Source: Patescibacteria group bacterium (GTDB lineage Bacteria; Patescibacteriota; Microgenomatia; Levybacterales; UBA12049). Taken from it: 64,000 nt of DNA. Position 1 is the first letter of the stretch. Each line of letters opens with the position of its first letter. Below the pieces are notes generated by a model, which was not told where the DNA came from, made no database searches, and saw nothing but the letters and a program-made list of their open reading frames with translations. The stretch spans positions 299,914-363,913 of the forward strand of contig JBBTVD010000006.1 in assembly GCA_038063415.1 (NCBI GenBank), written 5' to 3'. Below, in pieces: positions 55,864-64,000 of this stretch. The position numbers and the translations under genes are program-made.

Positions 55864-56297
55864 TGTGTTGTTGTTGGCACCACTGGAGTATTCCCAGGGT
55901 CAACAGAATCTTCTCCTTTAATAAAATTCCGTATCATCTCAATAATTTGATCCAATCGATACTCAGCCTTAAGAATATATTTTTTTGCTCCAAGTCCAAG
56001 CATCGTGTTTACTTTATCAGGACTTGCAGAATTACTTACAACAAGGACCGGAATATTTTCCCATTTGGGATTTGCCTTGAGTTGCTGCATGAAAGCCAAA
56101 CCGTTCATATCTTTGAGATAATAATCCAGCCATACTGCATCCGGAAGTTCATCGAGGTTGTTGAGATAGTCAACAGCTTGCTGCCCACTGGCACAGGAGA
56201 GCACATCCATGCCGCTCAATTTCAACTTTTTGGTAATCGCTTGTAGTAAAAGAATTTCGTCTTCGACTACCATGATTGTTGGATTTTGTGCACTCAT
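55860..56297 (-). CDS. Single-domain response regulator
   Basis: MVVEDE, DAVWLDYYL..MNG, YILK. Confidence 0.92.
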   Translation of the reverse strand: MSAQNPTIMVVEDEILLLQAITKKLKLSGMDVLSCASGQQAVDYLNNLDELPDAVWLDYYLKDMNGLAFMQQLKANPKWENIPVLVVSNSASPDKVNTMLGLGAKKYILKAEYRLDQIIEMIRNFIKGEDSVDPGNTPVVPTTTQ

Positions 56298-56337
56298 ATC
56301 CTAGGACTTCTCTTTAGTTTTACAGGAAATTGACCTA

Positions 56338-57675
56338 TCAGTCAAGCGTCACTTCTCCTTTTTTTGCTGGCGTGCCAGCTGCTGGCAAACTAAACCAAAA
56401 TGTTGTACCTTTTCCTTCTTCTGAGGCAAACCAAATCTTCCCTTGGGATGATTCCAAAATGATCCTAACCAAATACAAGCCAAGACCTGTCCCAACGGTT
56501 TCTTTCTGTGCGGCATTATCTGCTCTGAAAAATTTTTCAAATAATCTTCCTTGTTGCAGCTTTGGGATACCCAAACCAGTATCGGTTATTTGAGAAATAA
56601 TCTCTTCTCCTTTTCGTGAGATAAAGACGTTCACGTCTCCTCCTTTTTCTGTATATTTGATCGCGTTTGTCAATAAATTGAGATATACCTGCCTAATTAA
56701 CCGTGGATCAATATTTATTTTGGGGAGATTTTCATTTACACTCACGACACAATGGAGTTCTTTTTTCAAAATAAGCTGTTCAAGCTCTTTTAAGACTCCT
56801 TCAACCATTTCTTTCAAATCCGTCGGCTTGGGATCAATAATAATTCTTCCTGATTCAATCCTTGAAATATTCAAAAGTGAATTAACCAAATCAATCATGC
56901 GTTCAATAGAATCATAAATATTCCTGGTAAAATCTTGTTGTTCATCGTTAAGTTTCCCCGCATCTCCTTGCAAAAGCATTTCAGAGAACCATCGCACCGC
57001 AGATAATGGCGTCCGCAGTTGATGTGAAGCGAGTGAGATAAATTCAGTCTTCATCCGATCAATCGCTTTTTGCTCAGTGACATCTCGAATGATCGCAATA
57101 ACCCCTACAATTTTTTCACCAAGAATGACAGGGTTTGCACTAAAATGAACAAAAGCTACGTCTCCATTTTGTTGATGATGAGTATAAACATTTTCTACTT
57201 TCTTTCCTGTTTGGAGAACAATACTCATTGGACGTTGTTCTACAGGAACTTCTTTATCTTCTTTGTCATACAGCTGAAATGAGTCAAAGACTGTTTTATT
57301 CTTTATAGCAGACAATTGTAATCCAAGAATTTCTTCTGCACCTTTATTCATCACGATAATATGAGCCTGCGCATCTGTCACAAGTACCCCATCCCCGATA
57401 CTGGCAATCACGGCTTCATCTTTCACTTTTTCTATTTCTACTTCTCCTACCTTTTGTGCAAGTTGTGAAGAATATTCTTTGAGCTTTTCGTTTTGTTCAT
57501 TAAGCTCTTTTGAACTAAGTTCAAGTGAATGCTCAATTAATATATGATCCTGTTCGTAGCCTTCATAGGTGGAATTAACTGCTTGTAAAAACAGCTCCCA
57601 AGCAGCTTTATCCGTAGGAAGACTCTGGGTATTCCCAAAAAATTTTGTGCGTTGTCGTTCAAGTGTTGTATGCAT
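56338..57675 (-). CDS. Cytoplasmic PAS histidine kinase
   Basis: ASHQLRTPLS, NLLTNAIKY, DTGLG, GTGLGL; no TM helix. Confidence 0.95.
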   Translation of the reverse strand: MHTTLERQRTKFFGNTQSLPTDKAAWELFLQAVNSTYEGYEQDHILIEHSLELSSKELNEQNEKLKEYSSQLAQKVGEVEIEKVKDEAVIASIGDGVLVTDAQAHIIVMNKGAEEILGLQLSAIKNKTVFDSFQLYDKEDKEVPVEQRPMSIVLQTGKKVENVYTHHQQNGDVAFVHFSANPVILGEKIVGVIAIIRDVTEQKAIDRMKTEFISLASHQLRTPLSAVRWFSEMLLQGDAGKLNDEQQDFTRNIYDSIERMIDLVNSLLNISRIESGRIIIDPKPTDLKEMVEGVLKELEQLILKKELHCVVSVNENLPKINIDPRLIRQVYLNLLTNAIKYTEKGGDVNVFISRKGEEIISQITDTGLGIPKLQQGRLFEKFFRADNAAQKETVGTGLGLYLVRIILESSQGKIWFASEEGKGTTFWFSLPAAGTPAKKGEVTLD

Positions 57676-58823
57676 TAGACTTCTTTGAAGGTAGTAATCG
57701 TCATTGTCTGATTATGCAATTGACATTGTTTTTCAGTAGCTGCTGTCGGACAAATCTCACCATACGAATAAAACCCTGCAAGAACAGTCTGCTCGCCGAC
57801 AATTGATCTAACTGCCTCAATTTCTTCAACAGTTCGCTCTTTTAAGACAAGCTTTCTCCCGATACAACTAATAAGAATTGCAAGGTCTGGTTTTGCTCCG
57901 ACAAGAGACTCAATACTCATACTCGCTGCTTGTTGCGCTCCGTCAATGAGTCGTTCAAAGTTTGCTTTCATAAGTTGTGCTTTGATGCCCTCTGGCATAT
58001 CGCCTGCAAAAATCATACTCTGTTCTGTCTCATCAATATTTAACAACGTGCGAACCACCTGAACTTGTTTCCCGCTTTTATCAGTAACAGAAAGACTCAA
58101 TGGGAAAAGCAAGCCACTCGCCGGAAGTTCTTTTGCCAACTCACCCAAATATTCTTTATAGAGAGTAAGAGCGTTCTTGCCATCTAACTCATACAAAACA
58201 TTATTTTTTGCTTTGGTGATCGTTCGCTGAGGACCAAAGGGGTCCCAGCCACCAAGCGATCCATAGCCGACTTTAAGCGAATTACCATAGAACCCAAGCA
58301 CAATAACTCTCCCCTCAGCCGGTGCCTCATCAAGCCCGACGAGCGTCAGTTTAAAATCAGAACCATCACCCACTAATCCTCCAGTAACCGAAACATTTGG
58401 AGGCAAAACCTCCCCTAAACCTTGAACCAGAGGAGTGCCATTGACCTTTAATCCATCAGAGAAAACCATCACATGGGTCAGTCCTTCGTGTGGCAGAGCG
58501 CTTGCAAGCTTTTTTCCAACTTCCAAACTCTGTTCAGGATCAGTAATACTCTCTTTAGCAAATTGCAGCGTCGTTTTCTCAAAATAGACAGCTGTTACAA
58601 TAAGTGAGTTATCAAGCACCTCGTCACTGCAAATTTCTCCCGCTGTACTGGCACTCAGGATGTGAGCTTCAGGATACATAGCATGAATTTTATCAAAATG
58701 TGTCGCGTCAGAGAGAAGCGTCCGAGCACCAAAGATAAGGACTAGTTGTGGCTTTTCAGCAAATTCAGAACGAAGTACTACCCAGCCTGTTTGTTGCGTC
58801 CATTTTTTTTGACTAACTTTCAT
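57675..58823 (-). CDS. FIST/NosP sensory protein
   Basis: STAGEI, SDGL.VNG, GW.PFG, SCIGRKLVL, GFYSYGEI, LHNQTMTIT. Confidence 0.93.
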   Translation of the reverse strand: MKVSQKKWTQQTGWVVLRSEFAEKPQLVLIFGARTLLSDATHFDKIHAMYPEAHILSASTAGEICSDEVLDNSLIVTAVYFEKTTLQFAKESITDPEQSLEVGKKLASALPHEGLTHVMVFSDGLKVNGTPLVQGLGEVLPPNVSVTGGLVGDGSDFKLTLVGLDEAPAEGRVIVLGFYGNSLKVGYGSLGGWDPFGPQRTITKAKNNVLYELDGKNALTLYKEYLGELAKELPASGLLFPLSLSVTDKSGKQVQVVRTLLNIDETEQSMIFAGDMPEGIKAQLMKANFERLIDGAQQAASMSIESLVGAKPDLAILISCIGRKLVLKERTVEEIEAVRSIVGEQTVLAGFYSYGEICPTAATEKQCQLHNQTMTITTFKEV

Positions 58824-58972
58824 GAGATATCTTCAGTATCCACAAAGCTCGATGCTTTTGTCAAGTTTTCTCTTTTAGATGTCAAAATCAATCGTTTCAA
58901 AAGGACATAATAACTATCTTACTGAGAAACTTAGAAAAGCTCGAGAATAGGTGAGAAGTAAGAAAGAAGAAA

Positions 58973-59423
58973 TTATGGTTGATAGGTAGTAACAAGTTGA
59001 GGAACATTTGAACTCTCTTTAGTCCCAAAACTTACTTGACCAGCTTGACCTTCATTCGTCTTTTTGACTAACCATCCGTAATTTTGGTTTGAGCCGCTCA
59101 TAAAAGATTGAACATCTGAGGTAACATCAAACTCAACTACTCCACTTTGATTATTCATAATAGTAGTCGTAGCTGTAGCAGCAGAACCTGAATTTGTTTT
59201 TGCATAAATTGAATTGCCTGATTCAACAATACTAGCATTTGCTCCTTGAGGCACTTGCCATTCTAAACTTAATGGATTTGTCAGACTCGCTTCACTATTA
59301 TCCGTCCCATCATGTTGAGGATTAAATTGGCCAATCAGCTCTTGCTTGAGGAATTAAAGGAGCAAAAATAAAGAAGGTTAGAAAAAAAATAGATAATGTG
59401 CTGATAAAGGATAACTCTTTCAT
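58973..59423 (-). pseudogene. Relic of a secreted protein (signal peptide, PQQ-like start, DNRLRE-like C-terminus)
   Basis: MKELSF...ARADWP, then a frameshift to FNPQHDG..LSLEWQ, joined to FDVTSDVQ..NYGWLVKK..SFGTKE..PQLV. Confidence 0.6.
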
Positions 59424-59512
59424 TGAATCTTAAAAGAAAGATTGATCTATGACTCATACATTAGTAAATTTCTAACACTAAGTCAATCCCTATTTTCAAA
59501 TCATTCTAGCCT

Positions 59513-61246
59513 TCACTCAGCTTTGATAAAAATAACTGCATCAGTAGTGCCAATTGGACTATTTAATACTTGCATCTTTACTGAATCTTTATAATTATTA
59601 GCCACATAATTTGCTAATTTTTCAGCAATCTCATTATTTTCTGGACTCAAAATTGTTACCTTATTTGCCTTGATTATTGCTAAATCATTTTCAAAATCTT
59701 CAGCTTTGAAGTTATATATTTTTTTATCTCTATTTATAAGAAACTCAAATCTTCCATCACTAACAATATTAGAAGAAACATAGACCTCATTAATTGGACT
59801 TCTATTTATAATATTAACAATATTTAGAACAATCGCTCCATTAAATTTATAATTATAGTCACTAATTGTCTGATTAAAATATAAATTCCAATTAATCATC
59901 ATTATGAAAAAGGATATAAAAATTATTGTAGCTGTATAAATTCCTTTACCCATTCCATCCAAAAAAGGTTTTATTTCATTTAATGCAAATGCAATCACGA
60001 AATAAACGATAGGTATAATTCCTGCTATACGTAAGGTATTGGGATGACCTAAGCCGTAATAATGACCTTCTGGTATCCTCTCAAGAGAGAGAATATCATT
60101 GAGAATTGGAGAGATTGCTATAATCAATAAAATTAGCAAAAGGCGTCTGTTTCGCTTGAAAAGAAATGGAATTCCAATCAAAAATATTAAAAACGTTGCA
60201 AAATCAAAAAAGGTAGTACTTGATGGATTTCTTCTTAGATCAGGATCACCATTAGGCCTATTGTCCCAAGTGCCTGTTGGTAAAAATAAATTTGTAAGCC
60301 GAAATATGCTTCCACCCAATTCCGTAACTACCTCTCCTGTGGGTAGACCCTGATTAAATAAAGAAAGAACCTTTGCTCTCTCCATTATCTGGTCTGCATG
60401 TATTATGCTGTAGCTAAAAAGAGGAATTGCAACAACACATATCCCTACAATAAGCAATCCAACTTTTTGCAGACCCTTCTTGAAATTCTTTGCATGTCTA
60501 ATTGCGATAAAAATACTAAGTGCAAAAATTATTAATGCAAAGGTTCTGAATCCTACATAGGTATATAGTCCTGCTCCTAAGGACAATCCAATCGCAGCAT
60601 AATATCTTAAATTATTTTTTTTCCAAGCTAAAAAAAGTGGGATCATGGTTACTATCTGAAAAAAAAGAGAAGGAGTAATTTCAAAAGCAATCCTTGATAC
60701 TATAATAAGTGGATAAGAGAGCATCATAAGAAGAGAAGAAAAAAGCGAAACAGTTTTATTAAAAAATAATCTTAATAAAATATAGAAGGCTGCAACGCTG
60801 AGTGCTCCAAATATGATACTAGGCAAACGAAGAGCAGCGAGTGTTCTTCCAACCAACTCAATGCTTAATCCTGTTAGATATAATAATGGTGTTGGGTGTC
60901 CATAATTAACATCTACAAAGGGGACATACTCAGATGAAGCAAAAACAAGCTCACTTGCTTTTGCTACAGTAATCTCATCTAAATGAACTCCGGGAGTTAT
61001 GACATCAATTTTATATAAATAAATAGCGAATGCAGCTATAAAGAGACAGCACGCTAAAAAAATATCAAATATATGTTTTTTCAGGAATGGTAATAATTTT
61101 TTAGAGTATAGCACCCAACCTGCAAGTAATAAGACACTTATATAATGAATCATTATTGCAAAAATTGGGAAATGTTGCGTTATAGAAAAAAGAAGAAAAA
61201 GAAATATATTTATTGCGAACAAACTAATAGAAAGTATTTTTACCAT
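59513..61246 (-). CDS. GT-C (ArnT/PMT-like) glycosyltransferase
   Basis: PGVHLDE, ALRLPS, multiple TM helices; visibly AT-rich. Confidence 0.82.
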   Translation of the reverse strand: MVKILSISLFAINIFLFLLFSITQHFPIFAIMIHYISVLLLAGWVLYSKKLLPFLKKHIFDIFLACCLFIAAFAIYLYKIDVITPGVHLDEITVAKASELVFASSEYVPFVDVNYGHPTPLLYLTGLSIELVGRTLAALRLPSIIFGALSVAAFYILLRLFFNKTVSLFSSLLMMLSYPLIIVSRIAFEITPSLFFQIVTMIPLFLAWKKNNLRYYAAIGLSLGAGLYTYVGFRTFALIIFALSIFIAIRHAKNFKKGLQKVGLLIVGICVVAIPLFSYSIIHADQIMERAKVLSLFNQGLPTGEVVTELGGSIFRLTNLFLPTGTWDNRPNGDPDLRRNPSSTTFFDFATFLIFLIGIPFLFKRNRRLLLILLIIAISPILNDILSLERIPEGHYYGLGHPNTLRIAGIIPIVYFVIAFALNEIKPFLDGMGKGIYTATIIFISFFIMMINWNLYFNQTISDYNYKFNGAIVLNIVNIINRSPINEVYVSSNIVSDGRFEFLINRDKKIYNFKAEDFENDLAIIKANKVTILSPENNEIAEKLANYVANNYKDSVKMQVLNSPIGTTDAVIFIKAE

Positions 61247-61294
61247 AAGCGCATCATAAATTAACGTTCACAAAAAGAAAAGCATCCACAGGTT

Positions 61295-61333
61295 AATAAA
61301 AGAGAACTGGGGTATCCCCCAGTTGCTTTTATT
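61295..61333. terminator. Hairpin with A/T tails, probable terminator
   Basis: AATAAAAG..AACTGGGG-TATC-CCCCAGTT..CTTTTATT downstream of the kinase at 61404. Confidence 0.6.
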
Positions 61334-61403
61334 GCTACGTATTTCATCCATCTTTTCTCGTGTAGCAAATGTTATGATACCTTAAGGAAAGCTCTCTCTC
61401 TAC

Positions 61404-63353
61404 TTAACTAAGCGTTACTTCCCCCTTCTTTGCTTCCATACCGAACATAGGAAGACTAAACCAAAACGTTGTACCCTTTCCTTCTTCTGACTCAAACCAA
61501 ATTTTACCCTTGGACGATTCAATAATCGCTTTAATCAAGTACAAACCAAGACCGGTTCCATCGGTTTCGATTTTGACGATATTTTCTGCTCTGAAAAACT
61601 TCTGGAACATCTTCCCCTGTTGTGCTTTGGGGATACCATAGCCATTATCCGTCACTTGGGCGATTACCTCATCTCCCTTTCGAGAGACAAACACCTGAAT
61701 TTCTCCACTTTTTGGTGTATATTTAATCGCATTGGTCAATAAATTCATAAATACCTGCCGGATCAGATGCGGATCAAGGTTAATCTTTGGCATATCTTCC
61801 CGAACACTGATTAGAAGGTTTTGCTCTCTTTCCTTTATCTTTGCTTGCAAGTCTGTCACGACTCCCTGGACAAGTTCTCTTAAGTCAGTCGGATGAGGGT
61901 CAACGACAATTCGGCCTGACTCAATACGGGAAATGTTGAGAAGCGCGTTAACAAGCTCGATCATACGTTCTGAAGAGGCACTAATGCTTTGTGCGAATTC
62001 TTTTTGCTCTTTGGTAAGTTCTCCCGCATCGCCATTAACAAGCATTTCGGAAAACCATTTAATTGCAGAGAGTGGTGTCCGAAGTTGATGTGAAGCAAGG
62101 GAAATAAATTCAGTCTTCATCCGATCTACATCATGTTCCTTGGTAACATCTTCAAATACTGAAAGTACTGATAGTATCTGCCCCTGTTGGTTTTTTATCG
62201 GCACACTGGTTGCACGCATTGCTATTTGGGTTCCATCGGGACGATGTACGACCACATCATCTTTTGTCGTAGGATTCCCAGTACGTAAAGCAATAACGTT
62301 GGCTAATTCTTCCATAGGATACGGACTACCATCAGTTTTAAAGATTTGATAAATTTGCCCGATATCCTCATTGCGAGCATTTGGATCAATTCCGCGACCA
62401 ATAAGCGCAATGCCTGCTTCATTTACGAGGAGTAATTTACCCGTCGGATCGTTGAGTGAGATGCCGATCGGTGTATTATGTACCACCGTATCCAAAATCT
62501 TTTTTTGTTCGTTAAGTGCTGCTGCATTCTTCTCTTTCTGCTCATTTACTTCCTGTAATGTTTGGGTCATCTGATCAAAAGACGTTGCGAGTTGTCCCAA
62601 TTCGTCATGGGCATGATCATTGAGACGCACACCCAAATTCCCTTTTGCGACTTCAGCAGCTGCATTGCCAAGCTTACGAATTTTGGAAACAATAGGAATT
62701 GAAAAAAGAAAAGCAGCCGCAATGGCAATCAGAATTGCCATAAAAGAAATAATATACACATTCATAATGGTCTGTCCTACGGTCTCCTCGAGCGCACGAT
62801 CTTCAGCTTCAATAAGAGTAAGCTCTTTTTGTACGACAGTATCTATTTCTTCTCGTAAGTCTTTCTGACTTTCAAGTAGTGTCCCTTCCATTGTAAGAAT
62901 GGCAGCAGATGAAGCCTTTTGCTCTTGGAGCGAAAGCAACTGAAACGAATTATCAATAACGATATCTGTCATCACTGAAAGATTGGTAATCGTTGCTACC
63001 TTTTCTTGTGGGTCTTCTTGAATGTTTCTCGTATAAATATCGATGTTACGTTCTACTTCTTCAACTTTTGCTAGAATTTCATTTTTTTGTTCGTCATGAC
63101 TCAGTGTATTCACTGCCGATTCAGATTCTTGTAACGCGAGGATAAGCGTCTGATTGATAATCTCATTTGTTTCACTCTTTATCGCAAGAAGGGCATTATA
63201 TCGTTGAAATTCACCATGGACGACATTTTCAAATAATCCCACAATGTGATTAGCAGCGTTAACACTAATAAGACTGGTAATAACAACAAGACTGGAGATG
63301 ACTAGAAATCCCCCAAGCAGTTTTACTTGTAATGATAGATTTTTTGGTGACAC
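61404..63353 (-). CDS. Membrane histidine kinase (periplasmic helical sensor, HAMP, PAS)
   Basis: Two TM helices, HAMP (DELGQLA..FDQM), PAS, ASHQLRTPLS, GTGLGL. Confidence 0.95.
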   Translation of the reverse strand: MSPKNLSLQVKLLGGFLVISSLVVITSLISVNAANHIVGLFENVVHGEFQRYNALLAIKSETNEIINQTLILALQESESAVNTLSHDEQKNEILAKVEEVERNIDIYTRNIQEDPQEKVATITNLSVMTDIVIDNSFQLLSLQEQKASSAAILTMEGTLLESQKDLREEIDTVVQKELTLIEAEDRALEETVGQTIMNVYIISFMAILIAIAAAFLFSIPIVSKIRKLGNAAAEVAKGNLGVRLNDHAHDELGQLATSFDQMTQTLQEVNEQKEKNAAALNEQKKILDTVVHNTPIGISLNDPTGKLLLVNEAGIALIGRGIDPNARNEDIGQIYQIFKTDGSPYPMEELANVIALRTGNPTTKDDVVVHRPDGTQIAMRATSVPIKNQQGQILSVLSVFEDVTKEHDVDRMKTEFISLASHQLRTPLSAIKWFSEMLVNGDAGELTKEQKEFAQSISASSERMIELVNALLNISRIESGRIVVDPHPTDLRELVQGVVTDLQAKIKEREQNLLISVREDMPKINLDPHLIRQVFMNLLTNAIKYTPKSGEIQVFVSRKGDEVIAQVTDNGYGIPKAQQGKMFQKFFRAENIVKIETDGTGLGLYLIKAIIESSKGKIWFESEEGKGTTFWFSLPMFGMEAKKGEVTLS

Positions 63354-63361
63354 AAAAGTAT

Positions 63362-64000
63362 TTAACGCTGACGAAAACGAGTACTGGCATACTCCCCCAC
63401 TTGTTTCCCAAGAAGCGTACCCTGCTCATTGTCTGCGGGATAATGAATCCCTCCTAAAACTCTGGAGTCGCCTGCTTCTTTTGCCAAACGATCCCATTCC
63501 GTTATATTTTCAGGCAGCTGCGAATCTAGGACTGTCGCAGCTGCACTTGAAACACAAGAATGCCCCGCGGGGTAACTTGGATGATTGGGTGTTGGCATAA
63601 TGGTTTTAATCGCGGGATCAATCATAAATGGTCGTTTTACTTGATAGGTATATTTGGAATCAAAGCAACCAATAAGAGAATCAGCCATTGCCATAGCAAG
63701 TAGCGCCTGCGTATCAAGATATTTCTCGATAGATATTTCTTGCGCACTCATATACTTTCCTACTATGTCCAACCAGATACCTGGAGGAGTTTTTGTCCCC
63801 GGTCCTCCAGCCCAAAAAATCACAGTCTTGCGCTGTTCAGAGGTTATATTTGCAAGCGCATTATTTACTTGAGCAAGCTGGTTTTGGAAGTTCTGTACGG
63901 CAAAATCAGGATTTTCAGGAACTCGGAATTGATCACCCCGATCAATCAACCATGGCTTGTATGAACCGGCATCAAGACCAAGTTGCGGTGTTGCATACCA
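63362..64000 (-). CDS. Vanadium haloperoxidase/PAP2-family protein (5' end outside the window)
   Basis: K......RP, PSYPAGHS, SR..GGIHY; frame is open to 64000. Confidence 0.88.
   Translation of the reverse strand, partial: WYATPQLGLDAGSYKPWLIDRGDQFRVPENPDFAVQNFQNQLAQVNNALANITSEQRKTVIFWAGGPGTKTPPGIWLDIVGKYMSAQEISIEKYLDTQALLAMAMADSLIGCFDSKYTYQVKRPFMIDPAIKTIMPTPNHPSYPAGHSCVSSAAATVLDSQLPENITEWDRLAKEAGDSRVLGGIHYPADNEQGTLLGKQVGEYASTRFRQR

Noticed and set aside
1682-63964. Many 60-175-aa antisense or nested ORFs in the track
   Set aside because: They overlap well-supported genes, have no motifs and look like shadow frames.

Overview
AT-rich bacterial chromosomal window using genetic code 11. Gene content suggests Patescibacteria/CPR, probably Microgenomates (inference): short TPI, ClpB lacking its N-domain, many GT-C glycosyltransferases, PT-linker surface proteins, type IV pilus loci and leaderless-type promoters. 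It holds fusA, a pilNO-type cluster, a glycosylation cluster, LCP, tpiA, pcrA, FemAB, Ni-SOD with its protease, rnhA, hicBA, clpB with a CIRCE, mscS, mgtE, mutY, a complete trpEGDCFBA-trpS operon and a FIST-kinase-2xRR-pilBC-pilin operon. Three signals stand out. (1) A family of (C/T)GTC-tagged palindromic elements, about 10 copies. Eight sit in-frame inside intact genes (pcrA, mutY, rnhA, trpC, FemAB, a glycosyltransferase and three prepilin leaders, one only a remnant). They show compensatory base pairs and carry a second palindrome nested in two copies. (2) A Trp T-box with an ultra-short, actinobacterial ileS-like Stem I carrying UGG, coupled to a terminator. (3) A cargo hotspot between a NUDIX gene and clpB, marked by displaced and synonymously diverged 3' ends of both flanking genes. 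No rRNA, tRNA, CRISPR array, transposase or integrase was seen. All calls were made by eye, with no searches run.
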